64,000 nt of DNA from Phoronis australis (lineage: Eukaryota; Animalia; Phoronida), in assembly GCA_002633005.1 (NCBI GenBank), contig NMRA01000277.1:478144-542143 (forward strand). The letters run 5' to 3'. Below are positions 11,701-24,508 of the stretch, piece by piece. Numbering within the stretch: the stretch's first letter is position 1; each line of letters starts with the position of its first letter. A program made the position numbers and the translations under genes. The notes under the pieces are model-generated. The model saw only the letters and a program-made list of their open reading frames with translations. It did not search any database and had not been told where the DNA came from.

Positions 11701-14700
11701 TGAGGCCGTATGATGCACAATTCCCCTCAATAAGCCCAAACATTTGTAAAATAATCAAAGACAAAATTAGAACCAACTATGCTGTTGCGGCCTTACCACT
11801 GAGACTGAAGTACAACATTGTTAGAATTCTGCTTGTTGATGACTGTGTTTCAGCTTATTTCATAATAAGGGTCACTTAAGCGTGGTGACCGCTTCGTGGT
11901 GAGTGGCAAGGTCTTAACTCAAACGAGAATAAGGTTTTATTTGAAATAGTATCAGAATTTCTTTATAACATTAAATCTCTTTGTGTGAGTGGATAGAATT
12001 TTATACATCTGAATGAAAATGAATTATTTTCATTCGTTGTCATATCTCATTGTATTCTTAACATTAGTTTTTTTTTTTATTTATGCATTTTTCGTATATA
12101 ATCATTGTATATAGACTTCTTTGTATTTTATACCCATGCCTCTTGGCGCTTTCTGGGTTATGTATATTCATTGTATTCTGAAGATTTCGTAATAAACATT
12201 AAAAAAAGTGGAAAGGTTCTCAATGAGAATGTCATAATAAGGGTCACTTGCGTGTGGTGACTGCTTGGTGGTGAGTAGCAGGGTTCCCAATGGGAATGAC
12301 TTGTGTGTGGTGACCGCTTGGTGGTGAGTGGCAAGGTTCCCAAGGGAAATGCTGTCCTTGGTAAGAATCCGATTACCACCTGTCAGTGAACAAAGCGTGG
12401 TTCACATGTGTCAGTATCAGCAACCAGAAACGCAATCTGTCTGACAACAAGCCTTACCCCTCTGCCACTCAATCTGTCTGACAACAAGCCTTACCCCTCT
12501 GCCACTCAATCTGTCTGACAACCAGCATTACCCCTCCGCCACTCAATCTGTCTGACTACCAGCCTTACCCTTCTGCCGACAATCTGTCTGACAAACAGCC
12601 TTACCCCTCTGCCACTCAATTCATCTTCAATCATGCCCCAGCTTTCTTCTTTTTCAGCAAATTTTATCATGTCGTCGAAAGTACTGTAAAACTCCACCGG
12701 GTCCTATGAATGAAATGAAATAAACAATGTATTACAACAGTCCCTCAACAAACTTTTGTCCCATACGTAGAAAACGTGTTGTATCAAAAGTGTTTTTTTG
12801 GAAAGATTGGGATAATTCTGGTTATACCGCCAGAAAACGCACGCATTCATGGATACTTCGCAAGATTATCTAACTTTTTAACATCAGAGTTGTAGCTCAC
12901 AGCACATCAGTGAAATCTTCAGTCAGACAAAAGCACAAGCTAGACTCCATCAAATAACACGAAAAATTCAAATGATGTGGAAACAAGACTTAAAATGCTT
13001 GGCGGAGATCACAAAACAATGGGTAAATCAGGGCTTGGAACTACCAATGACAAAAAACGCGGAAACTTTTACGGCCCAAAACATGCGCGCTACCCAGCCT
13101 TGAAATAGTCGATGTGAACCTTTCGCCGACAAAAATCGGTAGGACTTAAAAAAAAACGTTACCCCCACACATTTTTGGCTGCAAAGCCGTAGTATTTGTC
13201 ACCGTGGTTTACAATCACACGAGACGCCATTGAAAATCCCACCACGCTATCCCAGATGCCCCGGCAATGTTGGCAATTTACGTTCCTCCGAAACATAAAG
13301 AGCAACTTCTGCTTTTCGAGGTGAACGTCGTCGGCAACGCCGCGGTAAGAAATGAATTTGCCGCGGAAATTTTATATCAAATCCGATATTTTTACGCGGA
13401 AATATAATAAAATGCGCGGACAGAACATTTGAAAAAAGCAGAAATCTGCTTTTCCGCGGAAAATTCCAAGCCCTGGTAAATAGCATAAAATTCAAGAGTC
13501 GTTGTGTAATTCTGAACGATTGCATTAAACCACAAAACAATATGAAATCAGAGTTCCCCCTGGTTGCCAAGTAAAATAAAAGGATGTGGGTGAAGTGCAA
13601 TTGTTGGATTCACGCAATTCACATCATAACAACATGGGAGATAATAACTTACAGGGGTCCCGCATTTTGAGAACAAGTTTGACGCTCATTATTCAGTGAA
13701 GAAAAATGGCCAGGGAGACTTCCTGTGCACTGTATTAATTGATATATAATGGATAGACAAACTGAGCTAAATAATCAAAATAACATCTCGTTACCAGGCA
13801 CGTGAAGTCATACCACTCCAAGTATCATTTTTTAAGAGTTCAATACATCTCCTGTCATCAGTTGTGTAAAATTCACACGTTAAAAGGTAGTCACGATAAT
13901 AGTGGGCCCATCCCTGGTGAACAATGACAGTTTCAAGATATGGCACAGCGACAAACAAACTACAACTTTGCGATGGTACAGTGCCTTCAGCTATTCAGTC
14001 AGCAAGTATATTGATGTAACAGCTGCAGAGATATTCTGAACTTGATATCCTGTCCAACATTTTACAGGTTAGTCATACCTTCTCTGCATGCACCAAGAGA
14101 CCTGCGATCATTTGGCGACCGCTATCACAGAAGTAGCTCCTGATTGTTTCATCTTTGAACATCTCCTGCAAAACAAGAAGACAAGCTCAATATGAAGTAA
14201 TAAGCAAGGGGTAAATGGTCATCAAACTCCTTCTGCCCGTGGGAAGCGAACTGTTGCCTGTGGCAAGTGAACGCCTGCTACCCTGTGGCCCTTGAATGTT
14301 TGCTGCTCACAAATAACCTAGCCTAGAAAACACTGGTTCTCAATATCACCAACCATTCATTTTGCGTATCACCTCAAATTTGGCGAACGTGCTCTTCCAA
14401 AGTTGGAAACTTGCCATACATTCCATATCCAATGTGGATTTCACCTCCTGTATGCATAGTGTCTGGGACAAGACAAAGTCATCTGTTCTTTCAGATGTTT
14501 TTATGAACCATATAAATGATTACCCACACAGTGTGCACTGGACCCAGTTCCCATCACCTACATGCATCTACTTCATCAACAAAGTCATGCCTTATCATCA
14601 TTTATGTTCAACATTTGTCCCTGAAATTGAACACTATCCTCGGTCAAACTGTCCCCATGCATAGTGTCCAGAACTACACTTTATTTATCGTATACTGTAC

Positions 14701-17700
14701 TAACATACTTTATATATTACTTACATTGAACGTGATCCTCAAACAATGCAGTTTGGCCAGGAACTCCGTATCGGATGAACATCCCACCATCTGAGTGCGT
14801 AGAGTACGGCACGGCACAGAGCCATGTTTCAATTCCAGAACGCCCGCCTCGTAGAATGCTAAATGCTGATAGGCTTGCTGCTGTTCATCAATGTCTGAGA
14901 GGTCGGGTACCTGCAAGTAACACAGTTAGCTACAGTATGACCTAATTAGCTACAGTATGACCTAATTAGCTACAGTATGACCTAATTAGCTACAGTATGA
15001 CTTAATTAGCTACAGTATGACCTAATTAGCTACAGTATGACCTAATAATCTACTTCTGAACTGTACGGCGGGACTAAACATCTTAAGCGTGCAGAAGTTT
15101 TCAGAAAAACTTTGACACATTTCATTCAAAGCCCAGATATATTGCTTTCTTAGTTCTTTACGAGCTTTACTGCAATCAACTTGATAGCAGATAGATGGAT
15201 TCGGCTACTACTTTGGTTCCTAATGGAAGTTTGTTTTTCTTCAACGTTTGCATTCGTATCTTGACAGACTTTCATAAACTTTGAAGCAAATGACTTTGAG
15301 GGATGACAACACTTTCACAGTTTGGATGGGTTTAATTTATTCTGTGCCATCCATTTTTTATGATACAATTAAACACACCTAGAAGCAAACTGTTTGCAGT
15401 GCAGTCCTGGGTGCATTTCAATGCTCCACAGTGCTCTTGTTAATGAAACAGTGCTCAACATAGCATTGAAGACCTTAAAATAAATTATCCATTCTTCGCA
15501 GTACGTAATACCTCACGAGCCGAAACAAAGGAGTCATCATCACTCGACTCAGATAGTGCTACAGACCGCCACCGTGTGCGCTCCTTCTCATATCGTAGGT
15601 TCATTTCTTGCAGGGTGGCTACAGCCGTATCCACGACGACGTTGCTCTGAAACAGCACATAACAAATCAGTACGCGTATCCAAAATCCTGCAATTTCTTT
15701 ATCTCCACCCTGGGCAGTTGTCGATTTCACCTAGGAACGTTAAGGACAGGTGCAAGGAAATTGATTGCTGCTCATTTGCAGATGGTGCTCAATCTTAATG
15801 TAAGTGTTTGGTGTTCAAATATGACTCGCAAACTTTTATGAAAATTGGACATTTTACATCACATTGCCATGAATCACTGGTCATCATAAAAGACCCATCA
15901 TGCAATGGCTGAAGAAAAGGGTCTTCCTGTTTGCCAGCTCGCAATCCCAAAATTTGTGCACAGGAATCTCGTGAGATGGATAAAGAGGAAGTACAACATG
16001 TGGCCCTTGACTGTCCAATGCTGCCACCTGCACTCAGGTTTGGCAGTTAGCGTAACCATTTCATTTGTGGTGCAAGACAAGACGCAGATACACTCACCCC
16101 AATATAAAACTAAAGTACATTTCGCTATTAAACACCAGCGAGTTTTTGGAAAGCAAAATATTTGAATTGATTTTCTAGACGTGTAAGTTTAAGAATTTGA
16201 CCTTCCAAATACCTGTTCTCCACCTGCTTTAACAACAAATTTTTAGCTTGTAGATTAACTCGCACAAACTGTTACCAGGCAACAAAATGTGTCAACAAGT
16301 AACCAGTAAGAGGTGATTACACCAAGGTAACACCAACAGCAACTCACTCTATTCTTGTTTGATACACTACGGCAATAATACCTTATAGTAGAATTTTCTT
16401 TTAAAAATTTAGGAAATTGACCATTAAGCGACAGAGGTTTTCGGATGTCGACTTTCGAAAACTTCTGCCGTTTAATGGTCAATTTCCTGGACTTTTAGAA
16501 GAAAATTCTACTGTAATCCCATCATGTAATCTTGACGAAATTGTCCAGTACCAATAACACTTCCTTATAATTTTTTTCACTACCACACAGAAACCAACCA
16601 GATGAAGGTCATTAAATCCCGGAGTTTTTTTTACGACTTGTACCAGGGATTCGTGAGTCTTTTAGGTGGGGTTTTGCAAATATTCAAGATTACAGCCGCG
16701 AAACAATGCAGGATTGCCTGCGTTCAAAAGCTCGTACTACAAACCTCACACGTCCTGTGTCAACCATTAAACACTGCAATTTTTCTTCAGATCCAAAACT
16801 CTTACAAAGCACAACTGAGTGTTTGCACAGCTCAACTTTCATGACTATAAACTAATATGCCTCAACCTCACTAGGAACCTACATGTATGCTTCAGTGACT
16901 TTGACTTACTTGCATCTGATTTTTGTATTCGGTCATTAACAGCTCCATATCATAGGCAGAATTTAACAGTCCCTCCAACAGTGTCCTCAGCGCCATGTCC
17001 TGACTAGACTGGGAGACATAGACAAGATAAATAAGTTACGAGGAGATTTGTCTCTGTTTAGCTGTCAAGTCTTTCAATGTTCAATTCTCAATTGAAGCAT
17101 TTAGGGGTATAAAAATATAATTATACTAAATAATCCAATCACGAATTGCAGCCAACTAAACTGACAACTCAAGTAACGGCAATTTTAGGCTTGGCCAGCT
17201 CCAATAAACTCTGTGCATTTTCTAATTGCCAGTGATGTTTTTTTAACGCTTTTGTTGGCAGTGGGTATTAGGTTGCTGCATTTATTTCACGCATTTTTGA
17301 AATTGAGAAAATGTGATTTCATTTTTTAAGCTTACTATTTGTTAATAAACCATAAAATTTAAAAAACCAACAACATCTCATACGAAGTAGAAAAAGAGGT
17401 TTTTAATGCCAGTTTTAAGTTCGGTGAGCAGTATTTTACGAGCAGAACAAAGGTTCTGTAGGCTGAAGATAATGCCACACATGTCTCAGGAGAGTACGAG
17501 AGAGCAATACATACACAGCAATTCAATGTTAGTAGTAGATGACACTACAGTGAACACTCATCTGGTACATACCGAATAAAATCCCTCATCCTCATTAAAA
17601 TCGTCTTCGTGTACAAGCCTACCCTTGGCCACTTCCCAGTAGTTGATAGCACTTTGTAGGTTGTCCAGTCCTGCAAAATGAAAAACAATGGTGACAGCCT

Positions 17701-20700
17701 GTAGGTTGTTGAGACCTGCAGAATGACGAAGGCAGAATACAGGTTGTTGATGATAGGTACTCCTGGCACAGAGTAAGTTCTCAAGTTCTTCAAAAGAAAA
17801 AAACAAAATGGTGGACAAGTGAGGAAGAATACTACACCTAGATAATAAAGAGTTAATGATTGAATAAAATAAAACTGTTGATGTTACATAACTATTAGCA
17901 CAGCAGTGCACAGTAAGTGCCCCAAGAATCCACAGCATTGTGGGTAAATGCCGACGAATCAGCAAGGGTGCTGAATGTGGTTTTTGCTGTGTCGGTGTCC
18001 TGTGTAGTGTCCAGGCATTATTTTGACAGTTTACTTGCTCTTGTGTAGAGACAACACAGTGACTTGCACTGCAGAGATAAACAATCAAGAAGAGGAACGA
18101 GGCATGATAAAACATTCCTCACTTCTCTGACTCAACTTGGACGCGTCCTTGTGGCCATACTGTATATTTCAAAAACATAAGGCCTTTTTTTTACACCTGC
18201 AAATGAAGAGTGGTGATTTCAGCGCACCGGGATCACAGATTCAATTAACAAAGCATGAGACTGCAGGACTTCTAATTACAAGACCTTAGGACCAATGATT
18301 TGCTCAAAGACATTCATCAAAACAAAGCAGTAATAAAGAAGATTGACAAGTTNGCATGCAATGCCTGAAGAAAAGGGTCTTCCTGTTTGCCAGCTCGCAA
18401 TCCCAAAATTTGTGCACAGGAATCTCGTGAGATGGATAAAGAGGAAGTACAACATGTGGATCTTGACTGTCCAATGCCGCCACTCTGGTTTGGCAGTTAG
18501 CGCATCCATTTCAGTTGTGGTGCAAGGCAAGACGCAGATACACTCGCTCCAACAAAAAACTAACTTAAGGTACATTTCGCTGTTAAACACCAGCAATTTT
18601 TTGGAAAGCAAAATATTTGAATTGATTTTCCAGATGTGTAAGTTTGAGAATTTGACCTTCCAGATACCTGTTCTCCATCTGCTTTAACAACAAATTTTTA
18701 GCTTGTAGATTAACTCGTACAAACTGCTACAAAGCACCAATATTTGTCAACAAGTAACCAGTAAGAGGTGATTACATCAAGGTAACATCAACAGCAATTC
18801 ACTCTATTCTTGTTTGATACACTACGGCAATAATACCTTATAGTAGAATTTTCTTTTAAAAATTTAGGAAATTGACCATTAAGCGACAGAGGTTTTCGAA
18901 TGTCGACTTTCGAAAGCTTCTGCCGTTTAATGGTCAATTTCCTGGACTTTTAGAAGAAAATTCTACTGTAATCCCACCATGTAATCCTGACGAAATTGTC
19001 CAGTACCAATAACACCTCCTTATAATTTTTTTTCACTACCACACAGAAACCAACCAGATGAAGGTCATTAAATCCCAGGAGTTTCTTTTTACGATTGGTA
19101 CCAGGGATTCGTGGGTTTTTTAGGTGGGGTTTTGCAAATATTCAAGATTACAGCCGCGAAACAATGCAGGATTGCCTGCGTTCAAAAGCTCGTACTACAA
19201 ACCTCACATGTCCTGTGTCAATCATTAAACACTCTGCAATTTTTCTTCAGATCCAAAACTCTTACAAAGCACAACTGAGTGTTTGCACAAATCAACTTTC
19301 ATGACTATAAACTAATATGCCCCAACCTCACTAGGAACCTACATGTATGCTTCAGTGACTTTGACTTACTTGCATCTGATTTTTGTATTCGGTCATTAAC
19401 AGCTCCATATCATAGGCAGAATTTAACAGTCCCTCCAACAGTGTCCTCAGAGCCATGTCCTGACTAGACTGTGAGACATAGACAAGATAAATAAGTTACG
19501 GGGAACTTTATCTCTGTTTAGCTGTCAAGTCTTTCAATGTTCAATTCTCAATTGAAGCATTTAGGGGTATAAAAATATAATTATACTAAATAATCCAATC
19601 ACGAATTGCAGCCAACTAAACTGACAAATCAAGTCACGTCAATGTGAACATGCGTGTGCGCAATTTTAGGGTTGGCCAGCTCCAATAAACTCTGAGCATT
19701 TTCTAATTGCCAGTGATGTTGACGCTTTTGTTGGCAGTGGGTATTAGGTTGCTGAATTTATTTCACGCATTTTTGAAATTGAGGAAATGTGATTTCCTTT
19801 TTTTAAGCTTACTATTTGTTAATAAACCATAAAATTTAAAAAACCAACAACATCTCATACGAAGTAGAAAAAGAGGTTTTTAATGCCAGTTTTAAGTTCG
19901 GTGAGCAGTATTTTACGAGCAGAACAAAGGTTCTGTAGGCTGAAGATAATGCTACACATGTCTCAGGAGAGTACGAGAGAGCAATACATACACAGCAATT
20001 CAATGTTAGTAGTAGATGACACTACAGTGAACACTCATCTGGTACATACCGAATAAAATCCCTCATCTTCATTAAAATCGTCTTCGTGTACAAGCCTACC
20101 CTTGGCCACTTCCCAGTAGTTGATAGCACTTTGTAGGTTGTCCAGTCCTGCAAAATGAAAAACAATGGTGACAGCCTGTAGGTTGTTGAGACCTGCAGAA
20201 TGACGAAGGCAGAATACAGGTTGTTGATGATAGGTACTCCTGGCACAGAGTAAGTTCTCAAGTTCTTCAAAAGAAAAAAACAAAATGGTGGACAAGTGAG
20301 GAAGAATACTACACCTAGATAATAAAGAGTTAATGATTGAATAAAATAAAACTGTTGATGTTACATAACTATTAGCACAGCAGTGCACAGTAAGTGCCCC
20401 AAGAATCCACAGCATTGTGGGTAAATGCCGACGAATCACCAAGGGTGCTGAATGTGGTTTTTGCTGTGTCGGTGTCCTGTGTAGTGTCCAGGCATTATTT
20501 TGACAGTTTACTTGCTCTTGTGTAGAGACAACACAGTGACTTGCACTGCAGAGATAAACAATCAAGAAGAGGAACGAGGCATGATAAAACATTCCTCACT
20601 TCTCTGACTCAACTTGGACACGTCCTTGTGGCCATACTGTATATTTCAAAAACATAAGGCCTTTTTTTTACACCTGCAAATGAAGAGTGGTGATTTCAGC

Positions 20701-22537
20701 GCACCGGGATAACAGATTCAATTAACAAAGCATGAGACTGCAGGACTTCTAATTACAAGACCTTAGGACCAATGATTTGCTCAAAGACATTCATCAAAAC
20801 AAAGCAGTAATAAAGAAGATTGACAAGTTTCATTACTCATCCCAGGATCTTTGGACGAGCAACCTGCCCTGATAATGTCAACCTGCACAAAATGGCACTG
20901 CAAAAAATAGGCAATACTAACCATAAGAAATTAAATTTGCCACCGTTTGCCAAAAATTGGCAAGTTTTCAACAGTCACGAAATGACTATGGAACTTCTGT
21001 TTGCAGAAAAATATTACGGTGGAAAATGTGTGGATGTATGGAAAAACAGAAAACATCAATTTGTATTTTGTAATAATTCCAGTTCAGTTTTACCGCTTGT
21101 TTAAACTGTCTGTGAGTATGACTGAAAAAGAATTCACAAACAAAAAACAAAGCAACTTGGATGATCGTACCGTACTGACAGATTTCATGAGCACCCATCT
21201 TGGCCATGTCGTGGGTGCGCACTGTTATCGTCGAGGCGACAGAAATGGAGTCGTCAGCGGCGATGATAGTGTTGTCGCGACTGGAAGCAGTGACATCCAG
21301 GCACTGTGGACTGACGCTGCGTCGTTGCGACATCAGAGGAATGTCTGAAATAGTGGCTAGGGATGATATGTGGGTTTGGTCAAGTCTAAACTGACTATGG
21401 ACAACATCCAGTCACAATTTGGTTGACTTGTACATTGGGACCTCTACAAGTTGCAAAGGCTTGCAAGGGGATCAAATATGATGAAATTAAAAGATGGCAG
21501 ACATCAATTTCATGGAACTGACGAAAGAGTTAACGCAGAACGTCAGTCTTACACTCCCACATAACAATAACAAGAGCTTCAGCCAAGTAACTATAAGTAG
21601 ATCACAGTCTAGAAATGGTTAATAAAAATCATCTCATGTAACTAGCAGTTATAAGCATATTCGCAGACTTTGAGCTTTTGCTAAAGTGAGATTTAATTAT
21701 TTCTGACTTAATGTAGTTGTGTGGAGTATAAGGCCAAATTTCTGTCTGAAGTTTCAAGCCACTTTTTATGAAAAAACCTCAGGTGTACAATGCTAAATGG
21801 ATCTTCCAAACATGAGTGATCTTGGTGTAAACGACTGCCAAAGGTGATTTTGTTCACCGTTTGCCATCGAAGTTTTGACCGAATGAATCAATGCCAGGTC
21901 TCTTAATATATTTCTTTCTAATAGACTCTGCTACGCGCATTTCAAAGGATGCTGCCACTCCTAAGCAGCCAGTCTGCGATTACCAAACTTGTCAAAATTG
22001 GGGTGCTGAAAACATCAGGTATCCCAATGGTGTTCAGCACTAGAGAACAGGGAGATAACTCTACAGCAGCAGGTGAATTGAATAGTATATAGAGGATGAA
22101 TCTGGAAGATATCTGAAATTGCAGCTTCTATTACAGCACAGGTCTAAACCACCCAATGACTCCTAGACAAGCAGTGCTTACCTGTCGATCAAACAACTGG
22201 TTAACAATGGGTCCGCGACTTATTGCCGACGGGCAGGACAAAAATTAGTAACCAGCGCTGTAGAAGTTTTACAGGGATTTGAACAAAACAATACAGACTG
22301 TCCAGATCTTACCGAACACTGACCCTCACCTCCATTGTGAAAAGGTTGTGGAGCACTTCCTGGAATGACATACATGCGTCGACTGTCCGAGACGTTCACC
22401 ACCTCCTCATCGGGAAGGTCGCGCCAAGGTCGTTTGTTTCGGCGCCGTCTAAAATATGCTGCCAAAAGACCTATCAGGGAGACCCCCACAGTGACACCAA
22501 TAATGGTCGCCTTGATTGGGGCAGTGAACTCAGGCAT
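8793..22537 (-). CDS. MIGA: Mitoguardin (MIGA/FAM73), outer-mitochondrial-membrane lipid-transfer / ER-mitochondria contact protein, about 504 aa
   Basis: Phase-consistent GT-AG exons (minus): 22537-22330, 21344-21195, 20147-20050 (dup 17670-17573), 19468-19370 (dup 17008-16910), 15646-15512, 14910-14725, 14165-14079, 12703-12605, 11349-11215, 10028-9858 (dup 9632-9462), 8939-8793; total 1515 nt. Features: Kozak CCACCATG; N-terminal TM followed by RRRR; MGLDNLQSAINYWE; FFAT-like SSDDDSFVSARE; CRTLRTQMVGCSSDTEFLAKLHCLR; FYDIVLDFILMDAFDDLANPPSSVTAVVQNRWLS; TALSTAAWSVLKAKRR; PVLAWGFLGP. These are hallmark Miga motifs. Confidence 0.93.
9281..10073. repeat. Near-identical ~396-bp tandem duplication containing one MIGA exon, joined by a single N (9678)
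   Basis: 9281-9677 versus 9679-10073 differ by a few SNPs and a small indel; the exon copies encode the same peptide. Likely an uncollapsed haplotype overlap. Confidence 0.85.
12434..12620 (-). repeat. 36-37-bp minisatellite made of a duplicated MIGA exon end plus splice donor
   Basis: Minus-strand unit ATTGAGTGGCAGAGGG|GTAAGGCTTGTTGTCAGACAG, about 5 copies; the first is the real donor at 12604. Confidence 0.85.
14926..15047. repeat. 20-bp tandem repeat x6 (TTAGCTACAGTATGACCTAA) next to a MIGA acceptor
   Basis: Visible directly; it ends about 15 nt upstream of the acceptor at 14911 on the minus strand. Confidence 0.9.
15899..20829. repeat. ~2.47-kb tandem duplication (two MIGA exons) joined by a single N at 18353
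   Basis: Copy A 15899-18352 and copy B 18354-20829 are highly similar with scattered SNPs and indels. Using both exon pairs would frameshift MIGA (a phase-0 end joined to a phase-1 start). Likely a haplotype artefact. Confidence 0.85.
16384..16515. mobile_element. Foldback MITE, Tc1/mariner-like (TA-CAGTAG ends); second copy at about 18839-18970
   Basis: TA(T/C)AGTAGAATTTTCTT..AGGAAATTGACCATTAA..CAGA.GTTTTCG is mirrored by CGAAAACTTCTG..TTAATGGTCAATTTCCT..AAGAAAATTCTACTGTA. Confidence 0.75.
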
Positions 22538-23522
22538 GGTGGTGTATGGTTAGGCTGAAAGAGAAAAATGATGCTGTGAATTCCTTGTAAAGACATTCCT
22601 ATTTCAGGAATGCACCAGCTTTTGAGACCAGTTGTACAGTTCTATACTGAAAAACCAAACAAAAAATACTGGCTAATCCAGCATTATTCATATCTACAAC
22701 TCATTCAATTATGACTTGCACCCAGGTCTGCAACAAGACAATAAACAAGCCCTGAATATCTTGTCTACTCTCTGGATACAATTTCCCCTCAGTGCTCCCC
22801 ACTAAAATATATATATAGTCAAGTCCACCGGTTCAAAAACAAAACATATCCCGAGCTTACCATACCATCTCTGTATGCGTACTGTAACAATTTTCAAAGC
22901 CAGGAATCCAACCATATTTATTGCATAACACATCTGTATACACACCCTCAAGCATGAACACACTTGAACAACAATCTAACTACATCTCATCTTTACAGCA
23001 CTTCTTAGTCAGGACAGCCTTCAAGAGGAAACCATATGTCAGAGAATGGTACTTTTTTCATTGGAAAAACCACAAACTATACGGCCTTTTGCGCAGAGGT
23101 AACAGATAAAGTTATTGATAACACTATGAAGTATTGAACAATGCGTATTCCACAAAACTAAGATGGCTGAAATCTGACTAGAGAGACATCCATACAGTAA
23201 TTTAAAGCATTACAGAGACATCTGGAGATGCCAATTGAAAATAATTGGCAAAATTTTTAAACCTTGGCCAACAGTTAAATGTCTGTCTTTTAGAGCTCTC
23301 GCAAAGTGTAAGACTGGAGTTTAAAGATGGCAGGTCAAACCGGTCCAACTTACGACAGATTTGAAATTGGTTTGTGGATGAGCTTTCGGTGAATCATATG
23401 AGCCTTTGTTAGTCACTCCCGAGGCAACTGCTCCCTAGTTAGCACGTTATGACATCATATCTCCTGGTGAGAGCAGTGTAAAAATGGCCAGATACGGATT
23501 TGGCAACCGTGACTTTGATGGT

Positions 23523-23757
23523 TCAATCAGTGTGCGCCATAATTTGCCGAAAAACTTGCAGTGTATGTAGGGCCTATGGGATGGCCACCGTCTCAGGCAA
23601 TGTTGGTTACAAGCAATAGCAACAACTGATCTCAAGGTAGGCTGCATTGCAGACAGAGACCACCGCCTCTGGCTGACCCCAATAGAGACAGTGAAGCTCC
23701 TATAGGAGCCTCATACACCGAAAGTTTTTCGGCAAATTATGCCTCACACTGATTAAA
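23523..23757. mobile_element. MITE-like element with ~45-bp imperfect terminal inverted repeats
   Basis: AATCAGTGTGCGCCATAATTTGCCGAAAAACTT...AAGTTTTTCGGCAAATTATGCCTCACACTGATT. Confidence 0.65.
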
Positions 23758-24327
23758 CAATGGCAGTCATGTTGTTATAAGTACCTTTTGTACATAGAGC
23801 TGAGGTCATCTTAGGAGGCAACTTGACGTCTTTAATTCCTTCCAACTCGAACAGATACTCCCGTAATCATTGAATTTTTTCTTCCAGCACTCCTTTGCTT
23901 AATTGCTCCCGATTGGTAACTGGCCATGTTTACACTGCATGCATTCCTATTTTACTGCATCTGACAGGAGCGTGCTCAGGGTTGAAAATGGCCAGTTGCC
24001 AATGTGGGCAACTGAACAAAGGACTGCTCTTAGAAAGTTTGATTATGGGGGTATTTCTTTGAGTTAGAAGGAACAAGGCATCGCCATCGACAGGCTCCTG
24101 GCCTTTGCTAACGCAAGGGTGTACCTCTATTTAAAAAAGGTACTTAAACCAAAATGACTTTGATGGTTTCATCAGTGTGAGGCATATATTTCTCAGAGAA
24201 GGCACTTACCGACGGGATACCGCCGATATAGCGGTCCCTGAGATTCAGAAAACCAGACAATCGCTGAATAACGGGCCCAACGCCGGCTTTACGACACTGA
24301 CTGTGAACATGCCGAACACAGACCATC

Positions 24328-24411
24328 CACAGGCGTCCTCAGCTTCTGATCGTCCTCAATAAACTATCTATATACTGTATTGGGGACGATCAGAAGCTGA
24401 GGACGCCAGTG
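24328..24411. other. 84-nt hairpin (34-bp stem with 2 mismatches, 16-nt loop) in the predicted first intron of MIGA
   Basis: CACAGGCGTCCTCAGCTTCTGATCGTCCTCAATA pairs with TATTGGGGACGATCAGAAGCTGAGGACGCCAGTG. Confidence 0.8.
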
Positions 24412-24508
24412 TCTGTGACACCGTCACATCATGCTGATGCACAGCCGAGTTGGGCCAACAGGCCTTTTGCATGATAACTACATGTTATTATATCTATACC
24501 CACTTACC

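Noticed and set aside
15647-15730. Upstream extension of the MIGA exon (VKSTTAQGG...ICYVLFQ)
   Set aside because: It reads through a pyrimidine tract and acceptor. The expected helix is supplied by the separate exon at 17008-16910 / 19468-19370 (SSQDMALRTLLEGLLNSAYDME...).
17558-18115. 185-aa ORF (and its twin at 20035-20592) as a stand-alone gene
   Set aside because: Only the last ~33 codons are a MIGA exon; the rest is open intron sequence.
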